Under the pieces are notes generated by a model. The model made no database searches. It was not told where the DNA came from and saw only the letters and a program-made list of their open reading frames with translations. Below, piece after piece: positions 27,501-39,500 of a DNA stretch of 64,000 nt (its first letter is position 1; each line of letters begins with the position of its first letter). Origin of the DNA: Perna viridis (lineage: Eukaryota); contig CM074511.1 of assembly GCA_037379345.1 (NCBI GenBank), positions 25,651,171-25,715,170 on the forward strand, read 5' to 3'. Made by a program: the position numbers and the translations under genes.

Positions 27501-30500
27501 CACATTGATGGTGAGATCAGTTCAGGGGGTTCAAGTGCTACCAGCTCTTCTGCTGGTGGCGGTAGTGGAGGGAGCATATTCATCACAGCATACAACATTT
27601 CTGGTCATGGAACTATCAATGTAAATGGTGGGAAAGGTTTTGGCTCAGGAGGTGGAGGTAGTGGAGGCCGTATTGCATTACATGTTGGATTTTTCAATTT
27701 GTATGGAGGCAGGTATCTATCACATGGTGGTACAGGGTCATCAGTTGGAGGTCCAGGTACTATCTACAAGTATGAGTCACAGAGAGGACCACAGTACAGA
27801 GAACTGAAATACAACCCCAGACTCAACAGGACAATGATTGAACCAGAACATTCTAAACTACTTGTGGACAATGGAGCATTGAACACCATAAATCCAGCCA
27901 TGGTGATGGAAAACAATAGTATTTATTATGAATTCAATGAAGTTGAAGTAGAGGGCTACTCATATATTCATTTCTACCATCCACATGGTGTAGATAATGT
28001 GACAGTTTTGATTCATGAGCTTACTGGGAACAAAAAGGGAATGGTCAGAGTGCAGTCCAGACAACAAGTCATTGTTCACTTTGTTGAATCAACCCACACC
28101 TACCTTGATGCTCCATGTGGTCTCCATGTTGATGTGGGTGGAGAACTTGTATTACCAACTGAATTTATTCTTACCACTGAAAAGTTCATTCTTAGTGGTA
28201 GACTTGTTGGAGTAGAAAATATCTGTATAGAGAGAAATGCAGAACTTATTCTCTCTGAACATGCTCACACAGGTGAATTGAGATCATTGGTCATGTGGTA
28301 TACAGACAAATCAGTACATCCTTATACTCCAGGGGTTGTAACCATAGGAACAATTACTGTTAATAACAAAGGTCTAATCACGGTTACCATGGATCCTCTC
28401 TTCCCTACCATAACAGGAGGAAAATTTACTGTGAAAAATGGTGGCACTGTGGAAACTGACAGTTTAAAGGTCAAGTTGAATTCAACTAGGATGACTGTTG
28501 AATACGGTGGAACTGTACAAGGAGATGGACATGGATATCCTAAAGGTCAAGGTCAAGGAACAGGTAGTGACTCAACAGACTGGGCTTCAGGAGCAGGACA
28601 TGGCAGTGCAGGTATGTTCTAATTATTTTGATCCAATAAAAACTTGTCGAAACCAACCCTTTTGAACTGATGGATTTGTTTAGTCAAGACAGGTATTTGC
28701 TTTACAAAGGTTCACAATATATTTTTTATTGTATGATGGGACTACATATAATGTCTGTTTAAGGCATGTTATAACCCTATTTAACAAGTAGGTAGTATAT
28801 TGGAATTACCTTGTCTGTCCTTCATTCTGTCTGTCCCGTAAAATTTTCATCTCAATTATCTCGGATCCCAATGGATGGATTAGTTTCACATTTGGAGTGT
28901 GGCTTCATATAGATGGGGCATATGTTGCTCACCAATATCAACATCCTGTTTCCTGGGTCTTAGCCATTTTTCACTGTATGGAATGATAGAGAAATTTTTC
29001 GTCACAAAAATCTTGGTTCCGAATTGATTGATTTTAAATTTGGTGTGTGGCTTCATATAGATGAGGCATAGCTTTTTAGCAATTTTAGTTGCTCTCCCAT
29101 GTTAACTTACTGCATAAATTGGGGATTGTATTTTGGATAAGGTAAATGAAATCAATTTGTATTTATTTCTTTTGATATAAAAATGAAATATTAATTCAAT
29201 ACATTTCTGTAGAAAAAAAATTATTCTAAGGAAGCTTACTATATAATATGTTTCACTAAGACAGATTTAAAATCTACAGATACTGCAAAGCCATGCAAAA
29301 AAATATATACTGCAACTGATCACATGACTGATCTAAATAAATTCAATTATATCCTACTTAATGAGATGACTTAGAACTATTGTGGCTAGAAATATCAGAA
29401 TTAATATGAGTCAAACAAAGGGACAAAACATAGAATAGAATGCAACAGGACAACAAAAAATTTGGTGAAGTTACACATAGCATAATGGAAAAAAGTTGTC
29501 CACATGGAAATGACCAGCATAACGTTTTAGTTGAATTGTAACATGCATATTTGAGAAACACTTGACCTACTGTCAGTTTTTGTTGACCATACAGGGGGCC
29601 ATGGGCATGACAGTGCTACAGCAGGAAGTCAGTACGGCAGTGTTATGTCGGCTACAGAACCAGGCAGTGGAGGTGGGGGATCGTATGGTGGCTCTGGTGG
29701 CAGTCATGTTACAATCAACGTTGCAGAGGTGATTATGGTTTATGGTTTGGCCATTGCATTTCTTCAAGCTGTTTTTTGATGAATTATCAATTAAGATTAA
29801 AAAAAAAAATCACTGAAGCAAGATGTAGAAACAAATGCTTTTATTCAGTATATTACTGAGAACTATGCTAAAAATTATTACCTACCGGGTAATTGATAAG
29901 ATAACAGCAACATTTATCTGGTTTTGAAATGACCATATTATGTTCATTTTCACTAACATGTTCTAATTTTAATTTTATTTTAAGGAGGTAGACCTAGGGT
30001 AAGGGACATAACTCATGAAATCAGTGATATGTTTGCATCATACACAATTTCACCTAAGCCTCTCAAGCTTTCATTTGAAGCACAATAAAATGAATCCAAG
30101 TTAATTAGATGCTTACATAAGATTGATGTAAAATGCTGAATACAAACGTTCCAGTGATTTTTATGAGTTGTTTCCCTTACCCTAGGTCTACCTCCTTAAC
30201 CTTTGTTATTTTGATAATTAAGAAGGTAGACCTGGCATAAGGGACATAACTCTTCAAATCAGTTATAATGTTTGTATCATATAAAATTTCATCAAAGCCT
30301 TTCAAGTTTCCCTTTGAAGCAGAATGAAACCAGTCCGGGCTACTTTGATGCTTACATTAGATTGGTATAAAATGGTAAATACAAACGTTCCAATGATTTG
30401 TAAGAGTTGTGTCCCTTACCCTAGGTCTACTAACTTAAATGGTATCAGTCTTGTATTACATATTCCTGAGCGGATGTACGTCAAAACATGCAGCTAAAAA

Positions 30501-33500
30501 ATATAGCGCCCTCTTTTTTGCCTTTTCCTGTTTTTGTTTCTTGCCAAATGACTATCATTTGTCATCACAAGTACAGGGTAAATATCAATCTATGACACAA
30601 AAAAAAATTGTTTTTGAGAAGAAACAGTATTTTCATGAAAAATAATGCTTCAGAAAAGGGGTCTACTTTATGAACTCAAAATAAAAGTGAAAGTAGAAAA
30701 AAGTCTATTTTTAGTTTGACCTGTCCTGGTGTACCAAAGTTTGTCCCTTTTTTTTCTAAAATGGACCTAAAAATTATTTTTGACATTTCCTTATTTGAAA
30801 AACATGGTCAAGAGTTAGATTAAAACTCCTGTCTATTTTTTTAAAAAATCATGAAAATTTAAGGTATACTATAGAAGCCTATGGGGGCAAAGAATACAAG
30901 ACTGAGACCAAATAGTATTTTGTAAGATATATATTTGTACATTACAGGAATTACGCCTTGATGGTACAATAAAAACTACAGGATTGAGTGGGACATCCTA
31001 CCATGGTGGTTCTGGTAGTGGTGGTAGTATTATGATGACCTTGGGAAATCTTAAAGGTTATGGAACAGCATCAGCTAATGGAGGCATAAGCCATTCATGT
31101 AAGGAGGAGATCAAATGTTTTTACTTTTTTTGTCAATATATTCACTGTTTCAAAAAAAAAATAAAATTATTTGATGTTATGATATTTTATTAACTAAATG
31201 AAGTACTGTAAATACTAATGTCTTTGTTATTGCTAGTTATAAACAAGTTCACCTTAGAATAAACTTTTTATCAAATATCCAAATATTGTAAATATAAAGT
31301 ATGCCCCTTTCAGGATTATAGAACCAATATGTAAATAAAAGAGGTTTGAAAACTGGAGAGTAGAATTAGATGGTTAGTTATATAGTGATCTGTATTAAAA
31401 AAAAATCAATAGAATTCAACTTTGATTAATTTTTTAACCATCCCATTATTTCACTACAAAAAGATTTTATTGAATATATTGAGTGAAGTTATCCTTAGCA
31501 TAACATCATAAATAAGTTTTGGGGGAGAAGGTCATCTAAGTTATCATTACTTGTGGCAGACCCTCATTTTAAGTTTCAACTATATTATGCTGAAACGTAC
31601 GGTATTTGACTTTTCAGCAAACGGTGCAGGATCAGGAGGCAGAATATCAATCTACCTATCAGAATACATGTTATTCAATGGAAACGTCATAGCGACGGGT
31701 GGGGGAGGCTCATACCCTGGTGGTCCTGGCACTGTATATGTTCAATTAACCGTAGGAGATGATGAATGGCGAGAGCTATGGATAGACAACCTGAACAGAG
31801 GCAGCATCAACACATGTTCATTCAGAACAAATATAGACAATGTATACCTTGACAATATACACCTGAACAACAGGGCATGTGCAGCTCCAACACAGGTAAA
31901 AACAAAAACAAGTTCTTCTTGATAGGTAACGAACTGTTTAGTTTTGTGGTAGGTTAGACAAAATGTATCTAGTGATTACTGTTATCTGTCCATCTAATTG
32001 TCTAATTATCTTTTGTCCCTCCACAACTTTTTCTTTACAATTTTTACTATAAGTAGTGATCACAGCCACTTGATATTTTGACAGAAACTTAAAAATGCCA
32101 TATTGTTGAATTTAATTTCAGATTGAATCAACGTTTCACAGCTTTGTTTTAATATATTTTTACCATAATGTAACTGGGGTGTTGAGGGGGTATATAAAAG
32201 TGGGCTTTTTTCATTTTTTCTAGTTCAGCTAGCCATGACGTATTAATATCATTTAATTACGTGCCAGTTTTACAACATATTTTCCATTTCATAACTTGAT
32301 GATGTTTAGTTTTTGTATTTACAGACTCCAATATACTATGACCACATTCATGAAGCCAATGGTCTGCTCTACATTAGTAATGGTATCACATTATACATTG
32401 CCGATAATCGCCTTCGTGATGGGCTAGGATCTAACATTTACACAGTAGAAGGGTCAAAGGTCATTTTCCCACCTACTAGCTACGTTGAACAAGTGATGAC
32501 CATTAAAGGAGATGTGTATGGTCTGGAGCATTTGTACACAAGAGGAACAACAGCCTTATATTATTCTGGTTCTGCAATGGGCAACATCGGCACACCTTTG
32601 CCCGGCAAATACCATCTGTCTACCATGACAGTTCTGAACCAAGGAAAAATTCAGCTGATTGATGATGATTACACTACCAGTGAAGGACTTGATGTTTTTA
32701 CTCAATATTTCCATGTTCAGCACAGCAGTACAGTGGAGGTTACATATTCAGGGTCTCTGGTTAGCTGGATTATGGATGTTGAAAAAGCTGGAATAATAAC
32801 TGGAGATGGAAAAGGGTATGAAAAGGCAACTGGACCAGGTGCAGGTACTACATGCAGTAATGATGCAGGGGGTGGAGCTGCTCATGGAGGCCATGGTGGA
32901 AATGGATACAATTCATGCGGCAGTTATTGTACTGGAAGTTCCTCAACTTATGATGACAAATGTCTTCCATGGACTGCTGGTAGTGGTGGTGGTAGTTGTA
33001 GACATGGTAATGCAGGCTCAGGAGGTTCAGCATTCAGAGTTGTATCTTCAAATGCTATGTTTTTGGAAGGTCAGGTTCACATGAAAGGTATAGGGTCTGG
33101 AGCAGGAGGAGCAGGAAGTGGTGGTTCTGTGTGGATGGACAGTGAAATTATTGAAGGATGGGGAATTTTAAATGCAGATGGAGGTGATGGTGCTGGAACA
33201 GAAAGTGCATGTTCTTGTTATTTCGTTGACTGTTGTCGTAGGCATTACAGGGCTGGTGGTGGTGGGGGTAGGATTAGGACTTTCACTGGTAACTATACAC
33301 ATAAGGTTCTGAAATTCCAACGGTCTGTATCTGGAGGAAATGGAATAAGTCCAGCAACAGATGGAAGTAGCGGTACATTATGTGAAGCTAGTGCCAACCT
33401 TTGCAATGGTCGTGGAACTTTCTTATCAGGATCATGCACATGTAATTCTGGTTTTGTTGGCAGTGATTGTCAATATTATTGTGATCCAACTACAACCTGT

Positions 33501-36500
33501 TCTGGCCATGGCACATGTTCTCAATGGGGCACATGTCAGTGTGATAGTAACTATGTCGGTCATAGATGTGACAGCCAATGTCATGCCAACACAACCTGTT
33601 CCGGACATGGGACTTGTACATCTATAGGCACCTGTATTTGTGACCCCTGTTACCATGGAGATGACTGTTCAAAGACATGCAATGGCCAAGGTCAATGTGT
33701 AGGAGGTGAATGTCAATGTGATGACTGCCATCTTGGAAGGTTCTGTGAATCAGAATGTAATGATCATGGTAGTTGTAACTCCCTTGGGACATGTACCTGT
33801 ACAGATAATTGGCAAGAAGATAAATGTACCCGTCCTGGATGCCCATCTAAAACATCTGATGAGTGTTCTGGCCATGGTATCTGTATGGCTGGTAGTGGGA
33901 AATGTTACTGTGAACCTGGATGGGCAGGTAAATCTTAAAGTTAGAAAGCATATCAAATTATATCAAAAGATATTGTTATTTTACCCAAGGGATTTTTTGT
34001 GGTTGTTGCTACCAATGGGAAAATGAATTGATACATGATGCAGATAAAGAATAATTAAAGAAGAGATTTTAAAGCATGATTTATGTCTACAAAATGATAC
34101 TTGATTGAAAAAGGATTGTTGAAAAGACAAAGTAAGCAATTGTACAAAAAATATAATGTAATTGGCATTAAAAACTTGAAAGAAAATGAAATCTCTAATT
34201 TTGTTTATTTCATTTTGAACATGTTTGAAAGTCTTCAAACATCACTAAAAAGTTGATTATTGTTATTTAAGATGAACTGACTGGATGTGGTGACCCAGAT
34301 TGTCCAGGAGAACCCAACTGTCATGACCAAGGTTACTGCGATCCAACATATTCTCCACCAAAATGCATGAACTGTGATGTTGGCTGGTATGGACCAGCAT
34401 GTAATGACCCATGTATTCATGGAGCCCCAAATGCAAACAATACACAATGTGTATGTAATACGACTTGTTACCATGGAGATGGATGTAACATTCAATGTTC
34501 AGGAAATGGTGTTTGTGACAGTGCCTACAAGTGTTTCTGTGATCCTTTGGTGGGATGGAGTGGTACTTACTGTGAAGTGCCAGGATGTCCTCGTCACCCT
34601 ACAACTGACATTGAGTGTAGTGGCCATGGTGATTGTAACAGTGAAGAAATGATGTGCGAGTGCTTTGCTGGTTGGATGGGTGTGGCATGCCATGTTGCTG
34701 ACTGTCCTGGTGAACCAAACTGTCATGATAGAGGTTTGTAGCATTAGTATTGTTTGCAATGGGTAAAATATATATGAAGAATTCAAAACAAATACATCGC
34801 TAACCGGTGGAAAAAATGTGGCATTAAGAGGGTTAAAAACAAAAAAATCTACTTGCTAATAGTTGAAATGTTAGTGTGAAAATCTAAAAATCTGTAACAT
34901 TAAATCATTCGCTCGTTCTTATTGGCCCTCATAACAGAAATTTGGGCTACACATTTTTGCTTCGTTTTTTCATATTTAAATTTATACAATAATAGATAGA
35001 TATATTTCTTTACTTTAGGGGTTTGTGATGAATGGAACTTTGACCCACCACTTTGTCAAAACTGTACTGGTAATTGGATGGGACCTGCCTGTAACGACCC
35101 TTGTGTTAATGGAACAGAGACACCTATCAACTCTGGACTCTGTGAATGTGATCCAGGTTTTGCTGGACTTGGCTGTAACTCTGAATGTTCTGAGCATGGT
35201 AAAATTGAAAGTGGAAAATGTAAATGCGACTATGTAACAGGATGGAAGGGAGATCTATGTGATATACCAGGTTGTCCAGGTCTCTTCAATCTAGACTGTT
35301 CTGACAGAGGTATAATAGGATTTCAATAATAATGTTTAGTACTAAATAAAAAATAAGACCGAAAGATATATCCTGAAAAAAAAATTAGGACAAAAGGTCA
35401 CCATCAATTTTATTGATATGAAAATCTATTTTATTTATGAATGACTGTAATTACTTTTTTGTCAATGAGGAGATCACCTATATCAAGTGGTACAGGATTA
35501 TTTTCAAGTGCAATATGAGCATTGAGAATATTAAAAAAAATAAATAAACTGTTATTCCTCAATAATATTGGAATTTAATGATAGTTCTAAGATTTAATGA
35601 GTAAGAGAGTAATCAAGGAAACCAAGGTTATAGCGGTATTCAAAAGAATGTAATCCAGGGACAAAGACCAGACATGGACAACAGACATATACAACAAAGA
35701 ACATAAAGTAACTAACAAAGTAACAAAAGCAAATGAGCAACTCGAACTTCATGGGAGCATGGACCAGGTGCACCGGTAGGTTAAGCGTCCTCTGCTTTTC
35801 TAGAAACACCCACTGAGTTGCTCATAAAAAGTCCAGGGTAGACAAACGAGGAAAGGAAAACTATGACCCGTTGAATAAATCAGTTTTCGTGGTGCAGATG
35901 GATACACCATAACGATCCACAAGTTCATGATGACAACCATAAAACTTATGTAGTGATGATTTCAATCTTGTAGCAACATAACCCTGTTCCAGAAGCCTAT
36001 TTGTTAGAGTTCTAAATCATGCAAAAAATTGTTGATTATTACAATTTCAATAACATTTTAAGTATGGTTCTGTCTAAAAACCAGCCAGGGGGTTATTCAT
36101 CATATTAAGAAATGCCTGAATCACTAATTATATGCTTCTGCCGAGTTTTAAGGTAGGGCTGTACTTAATAGGTAAATGATCAAAGCAAAATTAAGAAAGT
36201 CTACAGTTAGTGACGAAGGTTTTTTTTTTTTTTTCAAGTGGTCAAATTTAATTAATGTATTATTCTGTAGCCTATACCCAGATTATAGAACTATGATGGG
36301 TAGTCTTTTTTAAGTACCTTTGTTCTTTTTCTAGGTGGTTGTGAGAGTGCTACTCATACATGTACATGTAGACCTGGGTGGACCGGGATTGGATGTGAGT
36401 ATCCTGATTGTGCTGGAACCCCAGACTGTAATGATCATGGTATGTGTGATGATGGTGAAGACCCACCTGTCTGCAGGTAATATTTTTAATGATCACTCTT

Positions 36501-39500
36501 TGAAGTATTTTGAAGAAAATTATTTTATTTAAGTTGTAAACAGCAGTGTAAGTTTATTGCAAAATTAAATGTAAAATTAAAATTACTGCATGTTTGAAAT
36601 TGTGGCTTTAGTCCTTGAAATTCTGCTCCATTTTATTCAATTCAAAAATGAATTACGTTAATCATTTGGTCATATGAACAGTTTGTAGAACAAGTGTGTG
36701 ATTATTCATTGTAGAAATGTATATTGATATTAAGGATTTTTGCTGGTCATGTTCAGACATTTTTGTGCGATTTTTGGACTCCTCTGGTTTTATCCATTGT
36801 ATAGCATTAATATTTTTTGCCTAGCAACCCCCACTTTTCTTTTCATAATTTTATTAAACATACCTATATTTGGGAAGTTTTTATGAAATCCTTGTTCTTC
36901 ATTGTTTTTAATAGATCAAACCTACTAAGACAAAATCAGTACTAAAAACATAGAGAAATCTATTTTAAATGCTTATATCTCAAAAACAAGCATACTGACC
37001 TATCTATTTTTTCTTCTTATATTGCTGATGAGTGTCTATAAACCAAGCTTTATTTAATACATACATTATATTTTTAAAGGTGTAATTCTGACTGGTATGG
37101 ACATGCCTGTGAAGAACCATGTGTTAATGGCGATACCATCCCAGGTGTCAACAACTGTACATGTCATCCTGGCTGGGCTGGAATCAACTGTGACTCGGAA
37201 TGTTCTGACCATGGTAAAATTGTTGGAGGGAAATGTAAATGTGACGTCAACTGGTGGGGAGACCTATGTGACACTCCTGGTTGTCCTGGTATCGGGGAAA
37301 GCTGCAGCAAACATGGAATCTGTAACTCTGTCACTCACAACTGTGACTGCTTCCCTGGATGGACTGGTTCAGGATGTGAAATCCCTGACTGTCCTGGTGA
37401 ACCGAACTGCAACAACAGGGGAACCTGTAATTCTACCCATGATCCCCCAATCTGTCTGGACTGTATCCCTGGATGGATGGGACCTGCTTGTGATGACCTT
37501 TGTGTGAATGGTACACAGGTACCTCCTAACAGTGGACAGTGCCAATGTCACCCATGTTACAATGGTCTTGGCTGTAATGCACAGTGTAATGGACATGGGA
37601 AGTGTGTTAATGATGCATGTGTTTGTGATGTAGCCTGGCGAGGATCTAAATGTGAGGTCCAGAGTTGCCCAGGAGATACAGAGGATTGCTCTCAACATGG
37701 AACCTGCAATACTGCTCTACAACAATGTACATGTATACCAGGTAAGATTGTACAAAGCTACTGAAAATATCTAATTTAAGTGAAATATTCATCACATTCT
37801 AAAACACATAGTGTGAAAGTGTCATTGTTGGTGGGATATAATTTTTTCGTGGTTTTCAAAGGCTTGATAAACCACAAATTTGATTTAATGTGTTTTTGCA
37901 GGTTGGACAGGAGATGCCTGTGACATACCAGACTGCCCTGGTGGATGTGTAGGTAATGGTATCTGTAATGGTACAGGGAGAGACATACCAGTATGTGACT
38001 GTAAACCTGTAAGTATGCATCAATTGCTAGATGGAGAAGGCATTGATAATTAATAGGGTTTAATAATAGAAGTTAATAAACAGTATCCACTTTATTGGAA
38101 AATTACTTGGTACTAAACACAATAATGAACAACATATAATATAATTTGAATAGATTTTAGTCATTTTTGGACAGATGGGAACAATAAAATCAAGAAGAAA
38201 AACCAAGTGAAGAAAAGAGCTTGAAGTAACAAGTGTAGAAGCTGAAAATGATCACTTAAATAATCCAATCTAAAATATCACTATATAGATAGCAGTGTTT
38301 TACGGAATGTTCCTAGTGTAATAATAATAGGATAATTAATTGGAAGGAGTGAATAACCAAAATATGATCACGAGTGCCGAAGATTGCATAGATTTAACAA
38401 GTGTGCAGAACTTGTTCCGCGCACAAGTTAAATCTTACTGCATTCTTGGCATGAGTGAATAACTAAAATATGATCATGAGTGCCGAAGAACACATAGATT
38501 TAACGAGTGTATGGAACTTGTTCTTGATTTTCTTATTTATTTTTTTTAGATTTCCCGATTATTTGTTGCTGTTTTCAACATAAATTTCAAATTTTGTGAA
38601 CGGTGGATTGATTTCAAAGTTTTGGCAAGAGGAAGTCTGAGAGTGAAATTACCGAATTTATTTTACAGTGTGAATTAGCGAAATTTTTTTCACTGGGAAC
38701 ATTTGATAAAACACTCCTATCTGTATAATAAATTTCAATAATTCACACTGTGAAATAAATTCAGTAATTTCACTCTCGCACTTTCTCCCGAAAAAATGTC
38801 ACAACTTTGATATCAATCGGCCAATGGTAGAATGTAAAATTCATATTGAAAATATCAATAAATTATGAAGAAAATATATTTAATAAATAGGATAATCAAT
38901 TGGTTGTCGTGAATAACTGAAATATTATCACTCTTGCCAAGAATGCTTGAGGATTGAACTTGTGCACGAAACAAGTTCTGCACACTTGTTAAATCTAGGC
39001 ATTCTTTGTCACTCATGTTAATATTTTAGTTATTCATGTTTCCAATAAATTATCCTATTAATCATCTTTGATTCCCCTTAAAATGATGATAAGCAAGAAT
39101 ATTAAAAATACTTGTAATACATTAGTGTAACATGTTGGATATTGGCTTAATATGGCATCATATGATGGTTGACTTGGAACCTCTTAACTGGTTTTTTTCA
39201 CTAATACCCCTTTGTCATTATATCTGTTCTCAAGAATTGCATTTTGTAGCATCATCTGGTGGTTGACTTGGAACCTCTTTACTGGTTTTTTCACTTATAC
39301 CCCTTTGCCGACATATTTGTTCTCAAGAATTGCATTTAAAATTTTATTAATGATAGGGATGGTACAGCGAGGATTGTAGCAAGCCTTGTGTCCATGGTTA
39401 CGTAAACTCTGCCAATGATTTCTGTCACTGTAATCCATGTTTCACTGGAGCAGGATGTGAACTGGAGTGTTCTGACCATGGACTTTGTGTCAACGAAACT

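Noticed and set aside
380-33400. Collagen, silk-like, RTX or PE-PGRS interpretation of the Gly-rich region
   Set aside because: No Gly-X-Y triplet periodicity and no GGxGxDxL nonapeptides. Gly tracts are short and alternate with hydrophobic beta-strands.
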